From the NCBI GenBank assembly GCA_965208675.1, contig OZ242351.1, forward strand, positions 1,536,001 through 1,600,000: 64,000 nt of DNA. The letters run 5' to 3'. Under the pieces are notes generated by a model. That model saw only the letters and a list, made by a program, of their open reading frames with translations. It was not told where the DNA came from and made no database searches. Positions 47,188 through 58,426 of this stretch are shown here, piece after piece. The position numbers and the translations under genes are program-made. The DNA is from Candidatus Poribacteria bacterium. GTDB lineage: Bacteria > Poribacteria > WGA-4E > PCPOR2b. Position 1 is the stretch's first letter, and every line of letters starts with the position of its first letter.

Positions 47188-47661
47188 ATGAACAGTCTCG
47201 TGAAGCGTGAGTTTTCTCTTTTGGAACAGACCTTGGCGTTGCGTAGGCAGTTGCTCGAAACACTGACCGACACAGTTCTCGGTCACACACTGCCCAGAAA
47301 TCCATCCCTCGGCGTACTGTGCCGAGAAGCTGGGCAGCACGACGAGATTTACATCGAGTCCTTCCGGACATTCGTTCTGGATTGGTCGCCGCGGCACGCG
47401 CCGTACGGAGCCGAAACGCAAGTTGAGGTTCTCAGAGAATGGTACGCTAGCTCCGATGATTCGCTGAAGGCGGCGCTCTCGGCGCTCTCCGAGGAGGACG
47501 TACAAGGCAAAACCATCGACCGCCAAGGTTACGCCGTGCCGGTTGGGGTACAACTTCACATCTACCGGGAATCAATTTTAATCTTCTGTGGCAAGGCGAG
47601 CGTCTACCTACACTCTCTGGGAATGCGTCTCCCCTCGCAGTGGCAGCAATGGATCGGATGA
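47188..47661 (+). CDS. DinB/DUF664-like four-helix-bundle protein
   Basis: ATG 47188 after GAGGGGAG; LLETLTD..L, PSLGVLCRE, GKASVYLHSLG pattern; the metal-binding His residues look incomplete. Confidence 0.6.
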   Translation: MNSLVKREFSLLEQTLALRRQLLETLTDTVLGHTLPRNPSLGVLCREAGQHDEIYIESFRTFVLDWSPRHAPYGAETQVEVLREWYASSDDSLKAALSALSEEDVQGKTIDRQGYAVPVGVQLHIYRESILIFCGKASVYLHSLGMRLPSQWQQWIG

Positions 47662-47758
47662 CAGCATTGTTATCATTGAAAAACCAATCCACCAACGCTA
47701 GCCGTCCATCTGGAATTAAGAAGAGGTTGCCGCATTTCAGGTGTAGTTTGTGTGGGCA

Positions 47759-48913
47759 TTACACGCCCTTCAATCTCCGCGCCGCCTTCCACTGCCGCCA
47801 GAAATTGATACCGACACTGAACAAAACGGCGGCGCCGATAATTCCTAACATCAACCCCAGTATCGCGAAGCTAGAAGAACGAATGCCATACCAACAACCG
47901 CCAATCAGCGCCATGGCAATGAAAAAGTCTTGGATACATTGCCGCCTCGCTCTTCTGAGTACGGCGCGCAAGTTCTTTCGCCGCGCTTGTTTCACATAAT
48001 CTGCCAACAGTTCGACAGAGATTTGCGGCGGGTAAGCGCGAGCTTCTTCGGGTGAAACGTCTCGGACGCATCGAAACCCAATGTTGCTCGCAATGTAGTC
48101 CGGCGGCGCGTGAAAGCGATTTGCGCTGCGGAAATACCGCTGCGCAGTTTCATCCCTAACCTCTAACCATGACCCGCCTCGCAAGACCTTGTGTTCTTCG
48201 CCGTAACTGCGGTCAACGTAGGAACTCTGCGAATAAGGCCTAAACCTATCCGAGGTCCATTCCCACACGTTCCCCGCAACTTCATGCACGCCGTATGGGC
48301 TTGCTGCTAGAGGCCGAGCACCCACGGGCGTGCGTTCATCCGTGAGAATCTGTGTCAAATCTGACGGCTGCGCTGTGGTGTTCCCGACTCCGATTCGTCC
48401 TTTCATGCCGCCGTCCGCGCAGTCTGCTGATGGCTGATTGAGAAAGTCATCTCCCCACGGATAGATACGTCCATCTGCGCCTCTGGCGGCTTTCTCCCAT
48501 TCCGCCTCGGACGGCAAACGTCCGCCTGCCCATTCGGCGTAAGCGTTCGCCTCGTTCCAATTAACGTGAACGACTGGCAGGTTCTCCTGGCCGCGCACAA
48601 CCTTTCCGTTTTTCCAATCGCGCGGCGCAGGATGCCTCGTTGCATTCACAAATTTTGCATATTCCGCATTCGTGACAGGATAACGGTCAATCCGGTAGGC
48701 TCCAAGGTAAACAACGTGCATCGGCGCTTCATTGTAGTTTGCGTATTCAGATTGAGGCAAAATAGTGCCATAGAATGGTTCGATATCCGTGCCCATGATA
48801 AACGCGCTCGGCGGGATAACGACGTCATCTGTATGAAGCGCGCCCGGCCGTTCCAGACCGATATCTGCGTGGTTGGCGGCTTCCGAGGCACTGCTTCGAC
48901 TAGCAGCGTTCAT
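47759..48913 (-). CDS. formylglycine-generating-enzyme (SUMF1) domain protein with C-terminal TM helices
   Basis: FIMG, PVTNAEY, PVVHVNW, RLPSEAEWEKAARG, AGNVWEW, RGGSW, IGFRC; ATG 48913 overlaps the upstream stop (ATGA). Confidence 0.88.
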   Translation of the reverse strand: MNAASRSSASEAANHADIGLERPGALHTDDVVIPPSAFIMGTDIEPFYGTILPQSEYANYNEAPMHVVYLGAYRIDRYPVTNAEYAKFVNATRHPAPRDWKNGKVVRGQENLPVVHVNWNEANAYAEWAGGRLPSEAEWEKAARGADGRIYPWGDDFLNQPSADCADGGMKGRIGVGNTTAQPSDLTQILTDERTPVGARPLAASPYGVHEVAGNVWEWTSDRFRPYSQSSYVDRSYGEEHKVLRGGSWLEVRDETAQRYFRSANRFHAPPDYIASNIGFRCVRDVSPEEARAYPPQISVELLADYVKQARRKNLRAVLRRARRQCIQDFFIAMALIGGCWYGIRSSSFAILGLMLGIIGAAVLFSVGINFWRQWKAARRLKGV

Positions 48914-49731
48914 CGGCGAAAATTCCATTCGTCCGTTGCGTATTTCGTTTTAACTAAGCAATCTGCAGATTCCAGCTCTCGGTCTGAGAGTTCACCGTCA
49001 ATCAATTGCACGCCCAACTGTTTCTCGAAACCGGCGGCGACCGCATCTTCAATTTGCCGCCGATTAATCTGCACACATTCGCCAGTGTTGATAAACGCGG
49101 ACATCCCTTTGAGGTACCGGTCAAAGCCGGACTGCCGCGAAGCAAGCGCGAGTACATCGGCGGGCGGCATGTCGAGAGCGATGTAACCTTGGTGCATCAC
49201 GCCAATCTGGTTGCGGCGTTGGGATACGCCCGCGATTTTTTTCCCGTCGAGCATGACATCGTACTTTGCGGGATTAGTCAGGCAGATATTCGCGAGATCT
49301 GTTCCATGTTGCCTCTCTTGATTTACCGAGTGCCGTGCCAACGCTTCAATCTGTGGATTTGGGACTCCGACTTTTTTGAATCCGTGAATAAGACAGCCGC
49401 TGATGGCATCGTACGAGGCCGAGATTGATTTCGGTAAGATACCGTTATGCGGAACAACCACCGCATACGTGACATCCCAGCCGTGAATAACGGTACCGCC
49501 GCCCGTCATTCGGCGAACAAGCTCGACGCCTCGTGCGGCGCACGCTACGGCATCAACTTCGCGCGAAACTTGCTGAAAGTACCCAAAACTGAAAGCGGGC
49601 CGTGACCAATCATAAAACCGCAGCGTAGGTTGAGGGCTGGCAGCTTGACGAGAAAGAATCGCCTCATCAATTGCCATGTTCATCGCAGCGCTATGTTTTC
49701 CGGTCCGCAAAAACCGCCAAATGTGATTCAT
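48910..49731 (-). CDS. lipoate-protein ligase / octanoyltransferase family (LplA/LipM)
   Basis: NMAIDEA, LRFYDW, VRRMTGGGTVIH, KKIAGVSQRR. Confidence 0.9.
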   Translation of the reverse strand: MNHIWRFLRTGKHSAAMNMAIDEAILSRQAASPQPTLRFYDWSRPAFSFGYFQQVSREVDAVACAARGVELVRRMTGGGTVIHGWDVTYAVVVPHNGILPKSISASYDAISGCLIHGFKKVGVPNPQIEALARHSVNQERQHGTDLANICLTNPAKYDVMLDGKKIAGVSQRRNQIGVMHQGYIALDMPPADVLALASRQSGFDRYLKGMSAFINTGECVQINRRQIEDAVAAGFEKQLGVQLIDGELSDRELESADCLVKTKYATDEWNFRR

Positions 49732-49843
49732 AGATTCTCTGTATCCCCAAGTAAATCGCTTTCATTCCGTGCGCTTTAATCCTGGGTCTTCACCGTGCGC
49801 CGGATACATTGCCAACCGCGCTCATGGCGGCTGCATTAATCGG

Positions 49844-51163
<1,320 letters not shown>

Positions 51164-51564
51164 TTATATCAATGTTATCATCCGATGTGTGAGAAAACCA
51201 GAAATTTTATCTTTCGCGCCTATCAATCGGCGGTCGCAAATTTTCATGATATTCTGCTTTGATATGATGTCCAATCCGCCCATTATATCCGACTTTGGAG
51301 ATGATGTGCAAAATTTCGTGCGGCGCCGTAGCAGCGGTAAATACCCTTGACGGTCATATCGCAATTTGCTATTATACATTGCCGTGATTTGCAGAGGATT
51401 TGTCATACGGTAGGACACCTTGTGCCACTAAATGTATAACGTAAAAATCCTTCCATCCGCCCGTAAAGTCCATTTGATGTACATATCGCCGCACCGAATC
51501 AAGATTGGTTGTTTTACAGGTAAAACCCGCTGCAAATGAACCCTAAGTATCGTAGGAAGGCACT

Positions 51565-54500
51565 ATGCGGACGCGAAATGTATTCCTGATATTCTTTGCG
51601 CTTATTGTAATTACCTTGGTTATCGGCGTATTTTTCTTTTCGCGTTCTGCATACCTGCTCAATCGGGTTCGAATTGTGATAGTGGATGAACTTGAAAACC
51701 AGTTGAATCACCCGGTCACCATTGGTAAGATTTCCGGTAATGTGTTAACCGGATTGAAAGTCCACCAACTCGAGGTCGCCAAACAACATCCTGACAAGCT
51801 GAATCCCATTCTGATTGATGAGGTTAATGTTAAGTATCGACTTTGGGGATTAATGCAGGGTAAATTTGTCGTCCAGCGGCTAAATCTTTACCGGCCACAA
51901 ATTAATGCATTTATTGATCGAGATGGCAAATTCAACCTATCATCGCTAACACCGGAGAAAACCGCCGAATCGAGTGCGAGACGCCCTCAGCTCCTGATTT
52001 CACGTGCTAACGTCGAAGACGGCGGCATCTCTTTTGTAGATGAAACGCGAAAATTCAAAATAGCCATCAGCGGCATTCAGAGCCTCATAGATAACCCGAA
52101 GCAAAGCGCCAAATATAATGGAAGCATGAACATAAGAGATGGCAGCTTTGAATTGAACGGCATTTCGACGCAAATTGACGAACTCGTAACCGAGTTTGAG
52201 TTTTTGAAAAACCAGGGCGAGTTGAAAACATTGCGCCTCACTGTGGGAAATTCTTCCCTGACGATTTCCGGAGGCTTGAATAATTTCAACAGCGAATCTC
52301 CGAGTAAAGAGCGTTCAACGCCTATCCTAGATACACAAATCGGCCTCAATGTCGATCTGCGAGATCTGCAGAAATATGTCCCAACTTACGAATTGGAAGG
52401 GTTTGCACAAGCCGCAATACAAGCCAAGGGATGGATTGGCGACATTGTTGGACAATGTAATCTCGAACTTCCCCAAGCAAAGATTAATCAGATACCGCTT
52501 AAAAATTGGGTTGCGGACGCCGAGTTTACCCAGGATCGATTTCACTTAAACGCAATTAATGGGGAATTAGCTTCCGGATCAGCTACGGGCAACGCAGATT
52601 TTAAATTGGCTTCAGAAGGTGTGACGTACAGTGGATCGTTGCAACTTTCCGACCTTCAAGCGCATCAGGTTTTGCCCACGGTTATTGAACTGCCCGAAGA
52701 TTTTTTGGTTGTCAATGGCCGCGTCAACGGCAAAATCCTGTTCCGCGGGAACAGCGCTAATTTGAACGGTTTCCAACTGGATTCCAACCTAGAATTGAGC
52801 GAGGCTTCCCTGAACGATGTGCCTATTCGACTTTCAAAAGCGCGCTGTGACATAAAACACAATCGGTTATCCGTGTCGGCAAATCTTGATGACGCCGAAA
52901 TTCGCCTTAACGGGCCGCTTGGGTCGGCGGGGCCATCTGCCATCAATCTAAATATTACCCAGATTGATGTCGGTAAAGTTTCTCGCATCTTGAGTTTGCC
53001 GGACCTGAGCGGCAGTGGCACGCTCACAGGAAGGATATCACCGAATCCTCCTCTCGCCGCGACGTTTAGTGTCCCTGACGCCGCTTTATACGATGTCCCT
53101 ATTGGTGTTTTGCGGGCGGAATTTCACTATGCCGAAGGCCGCGTTACGCTCCATCCGGTGAGCCTTGTAAAGGGCGAGAGCGAAATTACGCTAACCGGAA
53201 CTGCTCGGATGGAAAACGATATCCCTGTCGATTTCAGTGTAACCGCGCAGCCGCTTCAGATTGCGGATTATGTTAGGCTTGCCGGAGACGATTATCCTAT
53301 TGAAGGAATTGCAACCGGTGAACTCAAACTTGATGGGACGCTCGCGAGTTTAGACGGCCGGGGAAACCTCCACGTCGCGGCCGGACAAGCCTGGGAATTG
53401 GCGCTTGATCCACTAACGCTTCCATTAGAAATCCATGATTATGTTGTCAAGACCCCCAATTTTGAGATATTGGTTCGTGGGCAACGCGGCGTGCTCAACA
53501 CAAAACTGACGCCGGATGGAGACTATGACATCAGCTTCCAAAGCGAGGCGGTGCGGTTGGCAGAACTTGCGCGCGCGAAGGGGATAACAGATTTTCAACT
53601 GGACGCCGATCTTGTCGTCCTTGCAACCGGTCGTGCAAACGTCACAAATCCGAGGGTCGATTTGAGCTTTGATTTCTCAAATGTCTCTTACGCAGGAAAA
53701 CCGCTGCGCGATGTTCGTCTTGAAGGTATCTACATGGGTGACAAGCTGCACTTCGACGGTTCAGGATTTGACAACACGTGTCGAATCCAAGGGGTAATGG
53801 AATCGGTTGAAGGAAACCCATACAAAGTTTTCGTGGACGGTAAGGGTGTAGACGTCAAGCCAATCCTGCGGATTTTTAACGACACGCTGTCAGATAAAAT
53901 CACGGGAAGTGCCATCGGTGCGCTGGAAATCTCCGGAACCCTCGCGGACACATCCCAATTCACACTGAACATGTCCTTACCTTCCCTCGCGCTTCAGGCC
54001 AATGGGAGACAGTTGTTTAATCCTTCCACTGTCAAACTCAGCTTTGCCGACGACCTTTGGCACGTTAAATCCTTTGAACTTGCGGATAGCCGTGACCGCC
54101 GCCGCTTACTACGCGCAGCTGGAACGCTGGGGGCAGCAGCATTTGAACCGAACCCGCCGTCCTCGACGCCGCTGTCGGAAGCAACGGACCTGCCTCGTGA
54201 AGGGTTCGATTTCACTGTCGAGTCTGAAGGGTTCGCACTCGAATACCTAACCGATATTTTAGGCATGCCGCCAATGGTGTCAGGCACAGCCCGCTATAAA
54301 CTCACCGGGAACGGAACCGCCGACGATGCTCAATTGGCGCTGGATTGGTCGCTCGAAAATTTGTCCGTTAATTTACCGATAGAACCTATTGAGATTAGTG
54401 AAGCCGCCGGGCGTTTGGTCTACAAGAATCGGAACTTGATTGTGGAGCAGTCCAATTTTCTGTGGCTCGATAATTCCATTGGTATTGACGGCAGTGTGCC

Positions 54501-57500
54501 GTTAAATCTCAGTGCAATGCCAATGCCTTTTGAGGAGCGGATTGCTGGAGACGCCATGCGAATCGAATTTCGCGGCGAGCAAATTCATTTGGCGTCCTTA
54601 AAGAAATATGTCCCGCAACTATCTCATCTTCAGGGTTACGCGGATCTGAGCGGCGAAATAACTGGCAGCCTCCAACAACCGGAATTGACCGCAACGGTTG
54701 ATGTAAAAGAAACAGCGATGCAACTGTTCGATTTTCCGGACCCGATCGAAAATCTGCAAGCCCGCATACTAATACATGGCGGCATACCAAAATCCGATTT
54801 GGATGCGCATTTGTCTAATGCGGACAATACCCGTGCTGGGTTCACGAACGATATAATTTCGGTTGAACTGGTATACGCCAACTGGAATCTTGCCGGTGGA
54901 AACTATCGAGCCGCCGGAGGCTGGAATCTACCAAAAACGGAAACGCAATCATCGCTGTTTTCGATTTCCAGTTTTCACACACCAGTTTCGTTCCAGTTGC
55001 AACTTGATGGAAGGCAGGTGAATCTCACTAACTTTGCGCAACACTTGATGCGCGAGGATCAGGCCGCCCTATTTCGCGAGTATGATTTGGAGGGTCAGGT
55101 GGATGTCTCATTAGCGCTTCAGGGTAGTGGATTTCAAGCGAATCAACTATCCGGAACACTTACATGCAACAATCTACGGGCTAGCATTAATAAGTTGCAA
55201 TTCGATACCGATTTGGGGCATCAAGACGAATTGAATCGCGGCGGCATCTCGGAAGGGTTTGGACAAGTATTCGTGAAACATGGAATCCCAATTTCCCCTA
55301 ATGCGCCTGTCTCCGTTGAAAAAGGAGATGGCGGGCGGACGGTAATTAATGGGGAAGATAGCAATCTACCATACGTTGTTAAAGAAGATTCAGATAAACT
55401 CCTCATCTACAAAAAGCACAATGTACAGAACTTGGCACCGATTATATGTCGGTATTCGGGTGGGAGGTTAAACATTGAATCATTCCATATCGGACAACCG
55501 GGTGGGGGATTCATAGATGCGTCAGGCACGTGTGATACTGATGAGAACCTCAATCTACAGTTGGAACTCAGCGAGCTTCCCTACGCGTTATTGTTACCGT
55601 CGTTGACATTGACACTGTTTAACACTTCTGCTTTGTTAGATGGCCGTTTCTCTAGCCGGATTGCCTTGGGCGGCACCCTCTCCGAACCCACTATTGATGC
55701 GGAATGGGATACCTACGCAACGAATAAAAATGCTGAATTTTCAGATAAGGGATTTGCGAAATACCAAAATCGAACACTGGTCGCCGGTGATACAATTCGG
55801 TTGGGAAATGCCGACAATCAGTTGTCAATCTCCGGCGAAATTCCGATTAATCTCTCCTTACAGCCGCTCAATCTACCAGAACGGTTACCGGAATTACCCA
55901 TGAACTTGCAATTAAAAGGGAAGGATGAATCAAAGATAATGCTCGATTATCTAGCCTTATTGTTCCCTGTTTTGCTCGAAGACTCGGGTGGTATAGCCGA
56001 AGTGGATTTCAGCATAAGGGGAACAACTGCTTCACCTTACTTAGTCGGTGAAGGAACTGTCCATAACGGCATGATGAAATTCAAACATCTCGATACACCG
56101 ATTTCAGGTGCGGCGATGCGTCTGGTTGCAAGCGCCGGAAAAATTAGTATTCCCGCTTTCAGTTTTCAGATTGGCGCGGGGGAGTATGCAGCCCCAAAAC
56201 CAATTGAATTCAAAATGAACGGTCTGTTCCCGACGGATTTCGAGGTGCAACAATTCACCGTCACAAAGGCGCAGATCTCTGATTTTGCGCAGAGTTTCTT
56301 CGCCGGAGAGATTATCTCTGATTTTCAAGGCTACGCCACAGCAGAAGCACGTTTACGATTCCCTGTCAATCGGGTAATCACACCCGGAGAAACCGCATGG
56401 ACGCCGAAGATTGCTCTACCCGATTTACATAATCTAATCGAACACGCAGTTGGCGAATTAAACATTCAGAATCTGCTGGTGAATAGTATGGTGGAAGGTC
56501 TGGACTACACAATAAGTAACCCGGCGCCGATCAGGATTCACTTAGAAGGCAGGACAGTAAAACTCGACGGCTTCATTTTAGAAGATCAGATGTCCAACAC
56601 AGACGCACAGCGCCTTAAAATGACCGGATCAGGAAGTTGGAAATTGGGTGAGAGGTTGGATTTCCGCATGGATATGCATCATTTCAATCTCGGCTTTATC
56701 TCTGATTTTTTTCCCGATGCATACGCGATTCGGGGTTTTCTCAATGCAGTATTAGACATACGCGGGACAGACGCCAATCCAGAAGTCATTTTCGAATGGG
56801 AGACGCCGAAGTTTTCACTTCGTCATGCCCATCTGGACGAATTTACGGGCAAAATTGTGTACAAAAATAAGAAACTGCGCTTAACCGGCAAAGATGGAAA
56901 TAACGTGCGCTTCTCCGTAGGCGCCAATCGAGCCAAGTTTTCAGGACTCATTCCATTCAATCTTTCTTTACTCGAATTCAAAGCAGAACCGCTTCAGCAC
57001 GACGAAATCGAGGGGAGATTAGATGCGGCTATCCGCGATTTAGATTTTCTGCCGCTCATTATTCCCTCATGCGACTTCGCAGATGGTACGGGCGAAATCG
57101 GCGTGACAATCGGGGGACCTCTTCGGTCGCCGCAATTGAAAGGGGTTGCAAATCTAAGGAATTTAGAATTTGACTTCCCGGATTCATACACAAAAATCGA
57201 GAAAACTGAGATTGACATCGATTTCACCCAACGTGGACTGAATATTCGGCGCTTTGATGGCAGACTAAATGGCGGCACATACCGGATTAACGGCTCTGTT
57301 GAATCAGACTGGCTTCGTATACAGAATTTTAATCTTACAGCAGCATTGAGCGGCGGATGTGTTTTTCAGATGCCCGGCGTGTACTGGGTTGAACTCGAGC
57401 GTGCAGACCTTGCAATTCATGGCGGGCTGAAACTTCCGGAACTCACCGGTTCTATCCATATCACCGAAGGGCGGTACGAGAATCACTGGAGGGAATTAGT

Positions 57501-58404
57501 TAAGAATTGGTTTGATAAAGATGCAGGCATTCAAACTGAAGTGTGGTTCGACTACCCGATCGTGCGTGATTTACGATTAAATCTTGCGGTTTTCGCCGAC
57601 GATAATTTACGAATGGAGTCCGACATCGGCGAACTTGAAGTCGCAGTATCTGTCGTAAACGGCAAAATCGTCGGCCCCATTCAAAAACCCATCTTTGATG
57701 GGCGCGTAAATTTGTTGGAGGGCCAGTTTTCATTGCTGGATCGCCTCTTTTCTATAAATGACGGTTCATTTATAGAAAACACCAACCCGTTTGAATTTAA
57801 CCCCCAATACAAAATTGATGCCGAAACCATCGATCCGATTAGAAACATTCCCTTAATAACAGCCGATGACCAAGTACGTACGAAAGATCTGAACATTAAA
57901 GCCCATTTAAGCGGTTATCTCAACGAGCATCGCCCGCCCGAGTTTCAGGTCGAAGTTCTCCGAAAAAGCGCTGGCGAAGAGTATCAATTTACCTCGGAGC
58001 AGATCTTTCGCATTTTGTCGTTCGGCGCCGCCGACACTTCTGAGCCGCTATCCGCAGGTGCCACCTCAGACATTTTGCTGCGGCATTCCCAACGATATTT
58101 AGGAAATCGTTTGGGGGATGCCGTGGGGTTCGTTGATGAAGTACGGTTTAACATCAGTCCGAGTGCGTTTGAAGCGTCACAATTCTTCTTTACCAAAGCC
58201 ATCTCCGAACGCTTTTTTCTTACGTCCGGTTTCACGTTCCAACTTCACGCCGAACCGCGCATTGAAGTAGAGTATCTAATCAATAAGCATATCACCGTTA
58301 AAGGTGAAAAGAACGAGCAAGGTAAATTTGGAATCGATCTCAAACTTCAACAGAAATTCGGATTGACGCCGATTCGAGCGGCGATAAATTCGATGCACAA
58401 TTAA
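51565..58404 (+). CDS. tamB: TamB/AsmA-like translocation and assembly module protein
   Basis: 2279 aa, N-terminal TM anchor, repeating beta-taco-like strands (GTLxxP, GxIPxNLSL), DUF490-like C-terminus, directly upstream of an Omp85 gene. Confidence 0.8.
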   Translation: MRTRNVFLIFFALIVITLVIGVFFFSRSAYLLNRVRIVIVDELENQLNHPVTIGKISGNVLTGLKVHQLEVAKQHPDKLNPILIDEVNVKYRLWGLMQGKFVVQRLNLYRPQINAFIDRDGKFNLSSLTPEKTAESSARRPQLLISRANVEDGGISFVDETRKFKIAISGIQSLIDNPKQSAKYNGSMNIRDGSFELNGISTQIDELVTEFEFLKNQGELKTLRLTVGNSSLTISGGLNNFNSESPSKERSTPILDTQIGLNVDLRDLQKYVPTYELEGFAQAAIQAKGWIGDIVGQCNLELPQAKINQIPLKNWVADAEFTQDRFHLNAINGELASGSATGNADFKLASEGVTYSGSLQLSDLQAHQVLPTVIELPEDFLVVNGRVNGKILFRGNSANLNGFQLDSNLELSEASLNDVPIRLSKARCDIKHNRLSVSANLDDAEIRLNGPLGSAGPSAINLNITQIDVGKVSRILSLPDLSGSGTLTGRISPNPPLAATFSVPDAALYDVPIGVLRAEFHYAEGRVTLHPVSLVKGESEITLTGTARMENDIPVDFSVTAQPLQIADYVRLAGDDYPIEGIATGELKLDGTLASLDGRGNLHVAAGQAWELALDPLTLPLEIHDYVVKTPNFEILVRGQRGVLNTKLTPDGDYDISFQSEAVRLAELARAKGITDFQLDADLVVLATGRANVTNPRVDLSFDFSNVSYAGKPLRDVRLEGIYMGDKLHFDGSGFDNTCRIQGVMESVEGNPYKVFVDGKGVDVKPILRIFNDTLSDKITGSAIGALEISGTLADTSQFTLNMSLPSLALQANGRQLFNPSTVKLSFADDLWHVKSFELADSRDRRRLLRAAGTLGAAAFEPNPPSSTPLSEATDLPREGFDFTVESEGFALEYLTDILGMPPMVSGTARYKLTGNGTADDAQLALDWSLENLSVNLPIEPIEISEAAGRLVYKNRNLIVEQSNFLWLDNSIGIDGSVPLNLSAMPMPFEERIAGDAMRIEFRGEQIHLASLKKYVPQLSHLQGYADLSGEITGSLQQPELTATVDVKETAMQLFDFPDPIENLQARILIHGGIPKSDLDAHLSNADNTRAGFTNDIISVELVYANWNLAGGNYRAAGGWNLPKTETQSSLFSISSFHTPVSFQLQLDGRQVNLTNFAQHLMREDQAALFREYDLEGQVDVSLALQGSGFQANQLSGTLTCNNLRASINKLQFDTDLGHQDELNRGGISEGFGQVFVKHGIPISPNAPVSVEKGDGGRTVINGEDSNLPYVVKEDSDKLLIYKKHNVQNLAPIICRYSGGRLNIESFHIGQPGGGFIDASGTCDTDENLNLQLELSELPYALLLPSLTLTLFNTSALLDGRFSSRIALGGTLSEPTIDAEWDTYATNKNAEFSDKGFAKYQNRTLVAGDTIRLGNADNQLSISGEIPINLSLQPLNLPERLPELPMNLQLKGKDESKIMLDYLALLFPVLLEDSGGIAEVDFSIRGTTASPYLVGEGTVHNGMMKFKHLDTPISGAAMRLVASAGKISIPAFSFQIGAGEYAAPKPIEFKMNGLFPTDFEVQQFTVTKAQISDFAQSFFAGEIISDFQGYATAEARLRFPVNRVITPGETAWTPKIALPDLHNLIEHAVGELNIQNLLVNSMVEGLDYTISNPAPIRIHLEGRTVKLDGFILEDQMSNTDAQRLKMTGSGSWKLGERLDFRMDMHHFNLGFISDFFPDAYAIRGFLNAVLDIRGTDANPEVIFEWETPKFSLRHAHLDEFTGKIVYKNKKLRLTGKDGNNVRFSVGANRAKFSGLIPFNLSLLEFKAEPLQHDEIEGRLDAAIRDLDFLPLIIPSCDFADGTGEIGVTIGGPLRSPQLKGVANLRNLEFDFPDSYTKIEKTEIDIDFTQRGLNIRRFDGRLNGGTYRINGSVESDWLRIQNFNLTAALSGGCVFQMPGVYWVELERADLAIHGGLKLPELTGSIHITEGRYENHWRELVKNWFDKDAGIQTEVWFDYPIVRDLRLNLAVFADDNLRMESDIGELEVAVSVVNGKIVGPIQKPIFDGRVNLLEGQFSLLDRLFSINDGSFIENTNPFEFNPQYKIDAETIDPIRNIPLITADDQVRTKDLNIKAHLSGYLNEHRPPEFQVEVLRKSAGEEYQFTSEQIFRILSFGAADTSEPLSAGATSDILLRHSQRYLGNRLGDAVGFVDEVRFNISPSAFEASQFFFTKAISERFFLTSGFTFQLHAEPRIEVEYLINKHITVKGEKNEQGKFGIDLKLQQKFGLTPIRAAINSMHN

Positions 58405-58426
58405 GTCATTCGCAAGATGGAATTAG

